Source: an uncultured Actinomycetes bacterium (GTDB taxonomy: Bacteria; Actinomycetota; Thermoleophilia; Gaiellales; JAICJC01). Taken from it: a stretch of DNA of 64,000 nt. Below, in pieces: positions 35,238 to 44,740 of the stretch. The notes beneath the pieces were generated by a model that worked only from the letters and a program-made list of their open reading frames with translations, was not told the origin of the DNA and ran no database searches. How positions within the stretch are numbered: position 1 is the first letter of the stretch; each line of letters starts with the position of its first letter. The position numbers were made by a program, and so were the translations under genes. The stretch is taken from NCBI GenBank assembly GCA_963843705.1, contig CAWJLQ010000005.1, positions 668,552-732,551 of the forward strand, written 5' to 3'.

Positions 35238-36046
35238 ATGCCCGCATCGATCACCGAGCGCCGCGCCCGCTTCCGCGAGCTGCACGCGCAGGACGGGATC
35301 TTCGTCATGCCGAACCCCTGGGACGCGGGCTCGGCCCGGCTGCTCGCGTGGTGCGGTTTCCCGGCGCTCGCGACCACGAGCGCCGGCTTCGCGTGGACGC
35401 TCGGCAAGGACGACCAGTCGGTGACCCGCGACGAGCTGGTCGACCACGTCGACCGACATCGCCGCGGCGACCGACCTGCCGCTGAACGTCGACAGCGAGC
35501 GGCTCTTCGCCGACGACCGCCGCCGGCGTGGCGGAGACGGTGCGCCTGCTGGGCGAGGCCGGAGCGGCGGGCTGCTCGATCGAGGACTACGACCCCGCCA
35601 CCGGCGCGATCGACCCGGTCGAGCGGGCCGCCGAGCGGGTGGCGGCGGCGGCCGCGGCGGCGCACGCGGGCGACCCGATGGTGCTCACCGCGCGGGCCGA
35701 GAACCACCTCTACGGGCACGACGACCTCGACGACACGATCGCGCGCCTCGTCGCCTACCGGGATGCCGGCGCCGACTGCCTGTACGCCCCCGGGCTCGTC
35801 CGGCCCGACGACGTCCGCGCGGTCGTGCGGGCGGTCGAGGCACCGGTGAACGTGCTCGCGCTGCCGTCCGCACCCTCGGTGTCCGAGCTGCGCGGGCTCG
35901 GGGTCCGGCGCGTCTCGACCGGCTCGCTGCTCGCGGGCGCCGCCTACGCGGCGCTGCTCGCCGGCGCGCAGGAGCTGCGCGACGCCGGCACCTCGGAGTA
36001 CGGGCGCCGCGGCCTGCCGCGCGAGGCGCGCGCCGCGGCCTTCTGA
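35238..36046 (+). pseudogene. Isocitrate lyase/PEP mutase superfamily gene (2-methylisocitrate-lyase-like) interrupted by two +1 frame shifts
   Basis: Frame 0 (35238 to ~35453): ...MPNPWDAGSARLLAWCGFPALATTSAGFAW...TRDELVDHV. Frame 1 (~35455-35520): DIAAATDLPLNVDSERLFADD. Frame 2 (35522-36046): AGVAETVRLLGEAGAAGCSIED... Confidence 0.75.
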
Positions 36047-36093
36047 TCCGGAGAGCCGCGCGCCGCCGGGCGCGGGTCTGGTTCACTACCGCC

Positions 36094-37002
36094 GTGGCGA
36101 GCTCCGTGGCGATCCAGAGCGCCTCGCGGTCGGAGCATCGCCGCGGGCAGGTCTACGTCGGACTCGCCGCCGTGGCGTGGTCGACCGCAGGCGTGCTCCA
36201 GCGCGAGCTGCACGTCGGCCTCGGGACGCAGGTCGCCGGCCGGGCGCTCTTCGCGTTCGCAGCGCTCGCGATCTTCGTCGCCGCCGGCCATCGCCGCGGC
36301 CTGGCCGCCCAGGCCCGCGAGCACGGCTGGGCGATCCTCGGCGTGAGCGTCTCGACCGCCGTCGCGTCGGCCTCGTTCATCGTCGCTCTGAACTACACCA
36401 CCGTCGCCCGCGTCCTCTTCCTGCAGGCCGCCGCGCCGATGGTGGCGGCGGCGCTCGCCTGGCTCACGCTCGGGGAGCCCGTGTCGCGCCGCTCGTGGAC
36501 GGCGATGGTGATCGCGCTCGCGGGCGTCGGCGTGATGGTCGGCGCTCCGGGGCGGGGAGGGCTCGGGGTCGATCTGCTCACCGTCCTCATCCCCACCTCC
36601 TTCGCCGTCAGCATCGTGATCACCCGCCGGCACCGGCACATGTCGATGGCGCCCGCCACCTGCCTCGCCCAGGTGATGATCTTCGTCTGCGCCGTCCCGT
36701 TCGCGCACCCAGCCACGGTCGACCTGCGCAACCTGGTGCTGCTGGTGCTGCTCGGCGCGGGCCAGATCGGCCTCGGCCTGGCGCTGCTCTCGATCGGGGC
36801 GCGGCTGATCCCGGCCGCCGAGATCGCCACGATCAGCCTGCTCGAGGTCGTGCTCGGCCCGCTGTGGGTCTGGATCGTCGTCTCGGAGCGGCCGTCCGCC
36901 GGACTGCTGGTCGGCGGCGCGGTCGTCGTCGCCGGCGTGCTGCTGCAGGCGACCGGGGAACCCCCGGCGCCGGTGGCCAGCGTCAGCCCGCCACCACCTT
37001 GA
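36094..37002 (+). CDS. DMT-superfamily (EamA-like) transporter
   Basis: 302 aa with ten hydrophobic segments, i.e. two EamA-like halves. Confidence 0.85.
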   Translation: MASSVAIQSASRSEHRRGQVYVGLAAVAWSTAGVLQRELHVGLGTQVAGRALFAFAALAIFVAAGHRRGLAAQAREHGWAILGVSVSTAVASASFIVALNYTTVARVLFLQAAAPMVAAALAWLTLGEPVSRRSWTAMVIALAGVGVMVGAPGRGGLGVDLLTVLIPTSFAVSIVITRRHRHMSMAPATCLAQVMIFVCAVPFAHPATVDLRNLVLLVLLGAGQIGLGLALLSIGARLIPAAEIATISLLEVVLGPLWVWIVVSERPSAGLLVGGAVVVAGVLLQATGEPPAPVASVSPPPP

Positions 37003-38419
37003 CGCTGTCGAGGCGCGGACTCGACGCAAACGCGATCCGCGCCCCCAGCGACGCCTCCCGCCGCAGCTGCGCCAGCAGCTCGGCGCCGACGACCTCGCCC
37101 GGCGCGAGCGCCGGGATGCCCGGCGGGTAGGGCACCGCGAACTCGGCGGCGATGCGCCCCACGGCCGCGTCCGCGGCGACGGTCTCGGACCGCGCGTAGA
37201 ACGCCTCGCGCGGCGTCATCGCCACCTCGGGCCGGGACCGCCACGACGTCGAAACGGGCGGCTGCTCCGGCGCGGTGCCGCGGCACTCGTCGACCGCCGC
37301 CGCCAGCGCCGGAAGCAGCGCGTCGACGCGCGCGTCGTCGTCGCCGACGGTCATGTGCGGGATCAGCAGGCGGCGGTCGGCGCCCTCGACGGCGACGCCG
37401 CGCGCGCGCAGGGCGCGGTCGACCGCGATGCCGTCGGCGTGGGCGCCGGAGAGGTCGATCAGGAGCTTCAGCGGGTCGCGCATCAGCACCGACGGATGGC
37501 CCACGATCACCTCGTCGCCGAGCACGCGCAGCCCGTCGATCCGCTCGACGCCGGCCCGCGCCCGCCGCGCCGTCTCGCAGGCGGCGGCGAGGAGGCGCTC
37601 GCCGTCGGCCTGCATGCGCGCACGGCACTCGTCGATCGTGGCGTAGATCATCGCCGACGGGCTCGTGGTGAGCAGGAGGTCGAACGCCGCCGCCAGGCGG
37701 CCGAGGTCGATGGATCCGGTGTCGCGGGCGAGCAGCAGCGCACCGGGGGTCAGCGACGGCAGCGTCTTGTGCGTGCTGAGCGCGATCGCGTCGGCCCCGA
37801 GCGCAAGCGCGTTCGGCGGCACCGTCGAGCCGAAGCCGAAGTGAGCCGCCCAGGCGTGGTCGCAGACGAGCGCCGCGCCCCGCTCGTGGCAGGCCGCGGC
37901 GATGGCGGGCAGGTCCGAGAGCACGCCCACGTACGACGGCTCCGTCATGACCACCGTGCGGATGCGCGGCTCCGCGTCGAGCGCCTCCACCACCCGCTCG
38001 ACCGGCGTTCCCAGCGGGATGCCGAGCTCGTCCGACACGTCCGGAGCGAGCCACACCGGCCGCGCACCGGCCAGGATCAGGCCGGCGTAGACCGACTTGT
38101 GGCAGGTGCGGTGCACGAGCACCGGCTCCCCCGGCGCCATCGTCGCCAGGCACAGCGCCTGGTTGGGGTGGGTCGAGCCGTTGTGGCTGAAGCGGCACAT
38201 GTCGGCGCCCCAGGCGGCGGCCGCCAGCTCCTCGGCGCGGTCGAGCACCTCGAGCTCGTTGCGGAGCGTGTCCGCGCCGCCGTGGTGGGGGACGTCGAAG
38301 AGCAGGAGCGACGCCTCGCCGACGAGCGCCGGATTGCGCTTGTGCCCCGGGGTCGTGAACGGCGCCGGGATGTCCCGCAGGTACGCGGCGACGGCGTCGG
38401 CGAAGGGGGTCGGCGTCAT
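36983..38419 (-). CDS. PLP-dependent Orn/Lys/Arg decarboxylase family protein
   Basis: FTTPGHKR...FSHNGSTHPNQA...ALSTHKTLPSLT, with a PLP-binding Lys. Confidence 0.88.
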   Translation of the reverse strand: MTPTPFADAVAAYLRDIPAPFTTPGHKRNPALVGEASLLLFDVPHHGGADTLRNELEVLDRAEELAAAAWGADMCRFSHNGSTHPNQALCLATMAPGEPVLVHRTCHKSVYAGLILAGARPVWLAPDVSDELGIPLGTPVERVVEALDAEPRIRTVVMTEPSYVGVLSDLPAIAAACHERGAALVCDHAWAAHFGFGSTVPPNALALGADAIALSTHKTLPSLTPGALLLARDTGSIDLGRLAAAFDLLLTTSPSAMIYATIDECRARMQADGERLLAAACETARRARAGVERIDGLRVLGDEVIVGHPSVLMRDPLKLLIDLSGAHADGIAVDRALRARGVAVEGADRRLLIPHMTVGDDDARVDALLPALAAAVDECRGTAPEQPPVSTSWRSRPEVAMTPREAFYARSETVAADAAVGRIAAEFAVPYPPGIPALAPGEVVGAELLAQLRREASLGARIAFASSPRLDSVKVVAG

Positions 38420-38481
38420 GCCGGCGAGTCTACGCGCAGGCGGTTGCGCCCGGCCCGGCCAACCCGCGATGATCCGCCTCC

Positions 38482-39993
38482 ATGCCCGAGACGATCCCGG
38501 AGCTCTTCGACGACGCGGTGGCGGCGGCCCCGGACAAGGTCTGGCTCGTGGCGGGCGGGGACACCTTCACCTACGCCGAGGCCCGCGAGCGGGTCGGCCG
38601 GTCGGCGGCGGGCCTGCGCGAGCGCGGCATCGGGCGGGGCGACCTCGTGCTGGCGACCATGCGCAGCACCCCCGACTACCTGTTCACCTGGCTGGCGTCG
38701 GCCTACGCCGGGTCGATCCTCGTCACGGCCAACCCGCGCGGCGCGGAGGCCGAGCAGGCGGGGCTGATCGGGCAGGTGCGGCCGAAGCTCGTCGTCACCG
38801 ACCCCGGCCTGGAGGCGGTGTTCTCCGGCGCGACCGGCTGGGGCGCGGGCGCGGTCGCCGACGTGGCCGCGCTCTTCGCCGCCGAAGCCAAAGACGGGCC
38901 GGGCCCCGCCGGCGCAGACGACCCGGCCGTGCTGATCCCCACCTCGGGGACGACCGGCCGCTCGAAGCTCGTCACCCAGACCCACCGCGCCTACGTGATG
39001 GCCGGCGAGGGGTTCCCGTGGTGGATGGAGCTCGGCGCCGACGATCGCCTGATGACGTCGCTGCCGCTCTTCCACATCAACGCGCCCGCCTACTCGGTGC
39101 TCGGCTCCGTCGCCGCGCGGGCCGGCCTGGCCCTGCTGCCGCGGTTCTCGGCGAGCACGTTCATCGACTCGGCCCGCCGTCTCGGCGCCACCGAGTTCAA
39201 CGCCATCGGCGCGATGCTCGAGATCCTGATGCGCCAGCCCGAGCGCCCCGACGACGCCCGCAACCCGCTGCGGCTCTGCTACACCGGGCCGGCGCCGCCA
39301 AAGGCACGCCAGCTCGAGATCGAGGCCCGCTTCGGCCTGCGCATCGTGTGCGGCTACGCCATGTCCGAGAGCCCCTACGGCACCATCTGGCCGCACGGCA
39401 CGCGACCGTATGGGACGCTCGGCGGCATCCGCCAGCACCCGACCCTCGGCGTCGTGAACGAGGGCCGGGTGATGCACGACGGCGCGCCCGCCGCCACAGG
39501 CGAGGTGGGCGAGCTCGAGCTGCGCAACCCCGCCGTCATGCGGGGCTACTGGGACATGCCGGAGGAGACGGCGCGGGTGCTGTCGGCGGACGGATGGCTG
39601 CGCACCGGCGACCTCGTGACCGCGAACGCCGACGGGACGTACACGTTCATCGGCCGGGTCAAGGAGGTCATCCGCCGCCGGGGCGAGAACGTCGCCCCGG
39701 CCGAGATCGAGGAGGCGCTCGCCAGCCACCCCGCCGTGTTCGAGGCCGCCGTCGTCGGGGTGCCGTCGGAGCTGTCCGAGGAGGAGATCAAGGCGTTCGT
39801 CGTCCTGCACGAGGGCGGCGGCGACCTCGGGGAGGTGCGCGCGCACGCCGCGGGGCGGCTGGCGCCGTTCAAGGTGCCGCGCTACCTCGAGGCCGTCGCC
39901 GAGCTGCCCCACACCCCGACCGGCCGCGTCGCCAAGCACGAGCTGCCCCGCGAGCGCTCGGACGCCGAGACCGACTTCGAGAGGAGCGCATGA
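38482..39993 (+). CDS. AMP-dependent acyl-CoA synthetase/ligase
   Basis: LIPTSGTTGRSK (AMP-binding motif), YAMSES, GWLRTGD, IRRRGENV. Confidence 0.9.
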   Translation: MPETIPELFDDAVAAAPDKVWLVAGGDTFTYAEARERVGRSAAGLRERGIGRGDLVLATMRSTPDYLFTWLASAYAGSILVTANPRGAEAEQAGLIGQVRPKLVVTDPGLEAVFSGATGWGAGAVADVAALFAAEAKDGPGPAGADDPAVLIPTSGTTGRSKLVTQTHRAYVMAGEGFPWWMELGADDRLMTSLPLFHINAPAYSVLGSVAARAGLALLPRFSASTFIDSARRLGATEFNAIGAMLEILMRQPERPDDARNPLRLCYTGPAPPKARQLEIEARFGLRIVCGYAMSESPYGTIWPHGTRPYGTLGGIRQHPTLGVVNEGRVMHDGAPAATGEVGELELRNPAVMRGYWDMPEETARVLSADGWLRTGDLVTANADGTYTFIGRVKEVIRRRGENVAPAEIEEALASHPAVFEAAVVGVPSELSEEEIKAFVVLHEGGGDLGEVRAHAAGRLAPFKVPRYLEAVAELPHTPTGRVAKHELPRERSDAETDFERSA

Positions 39994-40769
39994 GCACGAG
40001 CGACTGGCTGCACACCGACATCGGCGCGACCACCGCCGACTCGATCACGATCCGGGGGCGAAACCTGGCCGACGAACTGATGGGCCGCGTGACCTTCACC
40101 GAGCTCGCGTTCCTGCTCGTGCAGGGGCGGGAGCCGAGCGCAGGCGAGACGCGGCTCCTCGACGCCGTGCTCGTCTCGCTCGCCGACCACGGGCTGACCC
40201 CGACGGTGCTCGCGGCGCGGCTCACGCACACGGGCGCCCCCGAGTCGCTGCAGGGCGCGGTGGCGGCGGGGCTGCTGGGCGCCGGCTCCGTGTTCCTCGG
40301 CGTGGTCGAGGATGCCGCCGTCTTCCTGGGCGGGATCGTCGCCGCAGCCGGCCCGGGGGGCGACCCCGAGCTCGAGCGGGCGGCGGGCGAGGCCGTGGCG
40401 GCGCGGCTCGCCTCCGGGCGCCGCATCCCCGGCCTCGGCCATCCGATCCACAAGGTGGAGGACCCGCGCACGCCGCGCATGTACGCCATCGCCGGCGAGG
40501 CGGGCGTGCTCGGCCCCAACCTGCGGGCGCTCGAGCTGGTGGCGGCCGCGGCCGCAGCGCGGTCGGGGCGTGCGCTTCCGATCAACGGGGCCGGCGCCGC
40601 GGGCGCCGCGCTCGCCGACCTCGGCTTCGATCCCGCCATCGTGCGCGGGTTCGCGCTGCTGGCGCGCACGGCCGGCGTCGTCGCGCACCTGGCCGAGGAG
40701 ATGCAGCGGCCGCTCGGCATGCCGCTCTTCCGCGAGCTCGACGCGCGCCTCTCCGGCGAGGGATCGTGA
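39990..40769 (+). CDS. Citrate-synthase-fold protein (citryl-CoA lyase-like)
   Basis: ATGA overlap with the upstream gene. IPGLGHPIHKVEDPRTPRM resembles the citrate synthase GHRVYK..DPR motif. Confidence 0.7.
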   Translation: MSTSDWLHTDIGATTADSITIRGRNLADELMGRVTFTELAFLLVQGREPSAGETRLLDAVLVSLADHGLTPTVLAARLTHTGAPESLQGAVAAGLLGAGSVFLGVVEDAAVFLGGIVAAAGPGGDPELERAAGEAVAARLASGRRIPGLGHPIHKVEDPRTPRMYAIAGEAGVLGPNLRALELVAAAAAARSGRALPINGAGAAGAALADLGFDPAIVRGFALLARTAGVVAHLAEEMQRPLGMPLFRELDARLSGEGS

Positions 40770-41548
40770 GCGGGCGGCTGCAGGGCAAGACGATCGCGAT
40801 CACCGGGGCCTCCTCGGGGCTCGGGCGGGCGATGGCGATCCGCTTCGCCGCCGAGGGCGCGCACGTCGTGGCCGGCGACGTGCGCGCCGATCCGCGCGAG
40901 GGCGGCGCGCCGACCGTCGAGGTGATCGCGGCCGCGGACGGCAGCGCCGAGTTCGTCGAGTCGGACGCGTCCCGCTGGGACGACGTCGACCGGCTCGTGC
41001 GCACGGCCGTCGAGCACGCCGGCCGGCTCGACGTCATGGTCAACAACGCCATCGTCGCCGGACCGCACTCGAAGGGCCTGCTCGAGACGGAGGAGGCCGA
41101 CTGGGACGCGATCATGGACGTCGGCCTGCGCGGCGTGTTCCTGTGTTGCAAGCGGGCCGTGCAGCAGATGCTCGCCCAGGAGCCCGTCGGCGAGGTGCGC
41201 GGCCGGATCATCAACATGTCCTCGCAGCACGGCATGATCGGGGCTCCCGGGCACGTCGCCTACTGCGCGGCCAAGGGCGGCGTGGTCAACCTGACCCGAC
41301 AGGTGGCGGTCGACTTCGGCCCGCGCGGGATCATGGTGAACGCGATCGCGCCCGGCAAGATCGTCACCCGGCCGGCCGACGACCCCGATCCGCCCGAGGT
41401 GCTCGCCTACTCGCACGCGCGCACGCCGTTCTCGCGCCTGGGCCGGCCGGACGACGTCGCCGCCGCGGCCGTCTACCTGGCGTCCGACGAGTGCACCTAT
41501 GTCAGCGGGACGAACCTGCTCGTCGACGGCGGGTGGATGGCGTACTGA
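40766..41548 (+). CDS. Short-chain dehydrogenase/reductase
   Basis: TGASSGLG, NNA, and S...YCAAK catalytic residues. Confidence 0.9.
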   Translation: MSGRLQGKTIAITGASSGLGRAMAIRFAAEGAHVVAGDVRADPREGGAPTVEVIAAADGSAEFVESDASRWDDVDRLVRTAVEHAGRLDVMVNNAIVAGPHSKGLLETEEADWDAIMDVGLRGVFLCCKRAVQQMLAQEPVGEVRGRIINMSSQHGMIGAPGHVAYCAAKGGVVNLTRQVAVDFGPRGIMVNAIAPGKIVTRPADDPDPPEVLAYSHARTPFSRLGRPDDVAAAAVYLASDECTYVSGTNLLVDGGWMAY

Positions 41549-42261
41549 CGCCGCGCGTCCTCTGGGTCAATCCCGCCGGGACGGAGTTCGGCGGGACGTC
41601 GGTCGACGACTTCGTGCGGACGCTCGGCGATCGCGCGCACGTGGAGCTGCTGGGACTGCGGGTGTGGAGCGTCGTCGCGGGCGAGCGCTACGGCATGGAC
41701 GTCGAGGTGGCGGCCATCGTCGCGGCGACGGGCGGCGACGAATGTCACCTGGTCGGGTTCTCCGCCGGCGGGACGGTGGCGCTCGCAGCCGCGCTCGCAC
41801 TCGGAGACGCCGTCCGCAGTCTGACCGTCATCGAGCCGGCGTTCATCGGGGACGACGACTGGGACCCCGTCGAGGCCGAGTGGCGAGAGCGCCAGCGCGA
41901 CATCACCGCGCTCCCGCCGGATGAGCGCATCGTCCCGTGGCGCCAGCTGATGATGCGGCCCGGCCTGGAGCCGCCTCCGCCTCGCGGCACCTTCGTCTGG
42001 GGCTTCCGCGACGACCTGCTCGAACGCATGCTCGCCGGCGAGACGGGGTTCGTGAGCGCGGACCTGGCCGCAATCCGGGCACCGCTGCTCGCGATCCGCG
42101 GGGGCCACAGCCATCCCCGCTGGCAGGCCGTCTCACGCCGGCTCGTGGAGGTGTGCCCCGACTTCCGCGAGCACGTGTTCCCGGAGCTGCACCACTTCGC
42201 GCCGCCGTTTCGCGAGCAGCCGGAGCGGCTGGCGGCGATGCTGCTCGCTCTCTGGACGTAA
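41533..42261 (+). CDS. Alpha/beta hydrolase fold protein
   Basis: GTG 41533 lies in frame inside ORF 40312..42261. HLVGFSAGG is the nucleophile elbow. C-terminal ELHHF. Confidence 0.65.
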   Translation: MDGVLTPRVLWVNPAGTEFGGTSVDDFVRTLGDRAHVELLGLRVWSVVAGERYGMDVEVAAIVAATGGDECHLVGFSAGGTVALAAALALGDAVRSLTVIEPAFIGDDDWDPVEAEWRERQRDITALPPDERIVPWRQLMMRPGLEPPPPRGTFVWGFRDDLLERMLAGETGFVSADLAAIRAPLLAIRGGHSHPRWQAVSRRLVEVCPDFREHVFPELHHFAPPFREQPERLAAMLLALWT

Positions 42262-42262
42262 G

Positions 42263-42331
42263 CGGGGCCAGGCCCCGCTCACGAACGCGTCACAGCTCTG
42301 GCACACCCGGCGTTCGCGGTCAGACCCCGGT
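42263..42331. repeat. Structured intergenic repeat element, copy A
   Basis: CGGGGCCAGGCCCCG - 9 nt - GCGTCAC - 7 nt - GCAC - 3 nt - CGGCGTTCG-C-GGTCAGACCCCG. It fills the 78-nt gap between convergent genes. Confidence 0.7.
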
Positions 42332-42339
42332 TCCGCGGG

Positions 42340-43110
42340 TCAGGAGGCCGTCCAGCCGCCGTCGACCATCAGGTTCGCGCCGCTCGTGAACGATGCCTCG
42401 GTGGCGAGGTAGGCGACGGCGGCGGCGACGTCGTCGGCCCGGCCGAGGCGCGGGAAGGGCGTGCGCGAGCGCACGTACTCGAGCCCGGCCGTGCTGGCCG
42501 AGAGGTCGCCGGGCGTGCCGGTGACGATCTTGCCCGGCGAGACGCTGTTGCAGAGGATGCCGTGCGCGCCGTGCTCGACGGCGATCTGGCGCGTCATCTG
42601 GATCAGCCCGCCCTTGCTGACCGCGTAGGCGAAATGCCCCGGCGCGCCGACCATGCCGTGCTGCGAGGTGATGTTGACGATCCGCCCGCGCACCTCGTCG
42701 CGAGCCTCCTGCGCAAGCATCTGGCGCACCGCCGTTCGACTGAGCAGGAACGGCCCGCGCAGGTTGACGGCCATGATCGCGTCGAAGTCCGCGTCCTCGG
42801 TGTCGATCAGCGGCCGCGAGTGCTCGCCCGCGATGGCGGCGTTGTTCACGAGCACGTCCAGCCGCCCCGAACGCTCCAGCGCGAGCAGCACCAGCCGCTC
42901 GCAGTCGCCGGGATCGGAGACGTCCGCGCCGGCGTGGACGGCTCTGCCGCCGGCGGCGGCGATCGCGTCCACGGTCGGGCGGCCGCCCGCGATCGGGTCA
43001 CGGCGGACGTCGGCGCAGACGACGTCGAATCCCTCGGCGGCCAGACGGATCGCGATCGCGCGGCCGATGCCCGAGGATGCGCCGGTCACGATCGCCGCCG
43101 CCCGGGTCAC
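42340..43110 (-). CDS. Short-chain dehydrogenase/reductase
   Basis: TGASSGIG, NNAA, and S...YAVSK. Confidence 0.9.
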   Translation of the reverse strand: MTRAAAIVTGASSGIGRAIAIRLAAEGFDVVCADVRRDPIAGGRPTVDAIAAAGGRAVHAGADVSDPGDCERLVLLALERSGRLDVLVNNAAIAGEHSRPLIDTEDADFDAIMAVNLRGPFLLSRTAVRQMLAQEARDEVRGRIVNITSQHGMVGAPGHFAYAVSKGGLIQMTRQIAVEHGAHGILCNSVSPGKIVTGTPGDLSASTAGLEYVRSRTPFPRLGRADDVAAAVAYLATEASFTSGANLMVDGGWTAS

Positions 43111-44477
43111 GGCCGCACCGCCAGGTGCACCCCGCGATGCGCGTCGCCCACAAACCGCGCGTCCTCGACCACGCGCTCGCCCCGCGCGAGCACATGCCGC
43201 ATCCGACCCGGCAGCTCATGGCCGTCGTAGGGCGACCATCCCAGCCCGTCGCCGAGCGCCCCGGCCTCGATCCGGCCCGGCGTGGACGGGTCCCACACCG
43301 CGATGTCGGCGTCGTACCCGGGGGCGAGCGCCCCCTTGCGCTCGAGGCCGAAGATCCGCGCTGGAGCCGCGCAGGCCACCTCGACCAGCCGCTCTGCCGT
43401 CAGGCCGCTCCCGGCGTCCGCCGCCAGCGCGAGTCCGATCGGCAGCCGGACGCCGACGCCGGGGAGGCCGGCCGGCACGCGCGTGAAGTCTCCGGCAGCC
43501 GCCGCCTTCTCCTCGATCCGGTGGTGACAGTGGTCTGAGGCGTACGTGTCGATGCCGCCGCCGGCCAGCGCCGCCCGCAGCGCGGCGCGGTCGGCCTGCG
43601 GGCGCAGCGGCGGCGTCAGGACATAGCGCACGGCGTCTTCACCGCCATGGCGGGACTCGTCGAACAGCAGGTGGTGCACGCACGCCTCGGCGTGCACCTC
43701 CTGGCCGCGCGCGCGGGCGGCCGAGATCACCTCGAGCGGCCGCCGGCCGGTGACGTGCACGACGTACGCCGTCGCCCCCGCCAGCTCGGCCATGACCAGG
43801 AAGCGGTGGACGCACTCCGCCTCGAGCGCGATCGGGCGGCTGCGCGGCAGCGACCCCAACCCGAGCTCGCCCGCGGCCACGAGCCGGCGCGTGAGCGCGT
43901 CCACCAGGCGGCCGTTCTCGCAGTGCGCGAGGACGACCATGCCGAGCTCGGCCGCCTCCCGGATGACGGCGAAGGCGACGTCGTCGTCGGCCATGATCCC
44001 GAGCTCGGCGTACGCGAGCCAGAGCTTGACGCTGCCCACCCCGACCGCCGCGGCATCGCGCAGGTCGCCGCGCCGGTAGGCCTGCGGCTCCCAGATCACC
44101 GCGTGCAGCCCGACGTCGGCGTGCGCGCCCGGCAGCTCCTCGGCGATGGCGCGCCGGGCCGCCTCGGCCGGACGCTCGTCCGGCTCGGCGTTCACGAACG
44201 CGAGCACGGAGGTCGTCCCGCCCAGGAGCGCGGAGCGGGTGTCGGCGGGGACGGCGCCGAAGATGTGCGTGTGGACGTCGACGGCGCCCGGCAGCACCAG
44301 GCACCCCGACGCGTCCACGACGTCCGCGCCGCCCACCTCGATCCGACCGACCTGCACGATCTCGCCGCCGCGCACGAGGACGTCCGCGCGGTGCGACCCT
44401 CGCGGCCCCACCACCGTGCCCCCGCGAACGGCGACGAGCCGGCCGCGGGCCGGGGCGGGGTCCGCCGCCCCGGTCAC
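43107..44477 (-). CDS. Cyclic amidohydrolase (D-hydantoinase/dihydropyrimidinase-like)
   Basis: GTG 44477 lies inside ORF 43107..44750. DVHTHI, SVKLW (candidate carboxylated Lys), HCEN, ASDHC. Confidence 0.85.
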   Translation of the reverse strand: MTGAADPAPARGRLVAVRGGTVVGPRGSHRADVLVRGGEIVQVGRIEVGGADVVDASGCLVLPGAVDVHTHIFGAVPADTRSALLGGTTSVLAFVNAEPDERPAEAARRAIAEELPGAHADVGLHAVIWEPQAYRRGDLRDAAAVGVGSVKLWLAYAELGIMADDDVAFAVIREAAELGMVVLAHCENGRLVDALTRRLVAAGELGLGSLPRSRPIALEAECVHRFLVMAELAGATAYVVHVTGRRPLEVISAARARGQEVHAEACVHHLLFDESRHGGEDAVRYVLTPPLRPQADRAALRAALAGGGIDTYASDHCHHRIEEKAAAAGDFTRVPAGLPGVGVRLPIGLALAADAGSGLTAERLVEVACAAPARIFGLERKGALAPGYDADIAVWDPSTPGRIEAGALGDGLGWSPYDGHELPGRMRHVLARGERVVEDARFVGDAHRGVHLAVRP

Positions 44478-44740
44478 CTGCCGGGCCGGATCCGGCGGCG
44501 CCCGGGCGGGTCGACGCAGACCGGCGTTCCCAGCGGCGTCCGCAGGCACACGGACGGCACCTCCGGGCTCGTCGTGCCTCCCGCCGGGTGCGGCCGGGCG
44601 TGGGCGCGCGTCGCCCGCAGGCGCAGCGCGAGCAGGCTCGCGGAAGCCGGACGACGACGGGACACGCCGCCAGTATGTCCGATCGGCGCATGCCCCGCCG
44701 CGCCGATACACTCGCTGCCCCGCGCCGAAAGGACTCCGCC

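Noticed and set aside
35440-35530. Programmed ribosomal frameshifting as the explanation for the split PEP-mutase-family gene (and for 45205 and 46345).
   Set aside because: There are no slippery heptamers or downstream pseudoknot-like structures. Two same-direction shifts 65 nt apart, and breaks in unrelated genes, fit indels (decay or sequencing error) better.
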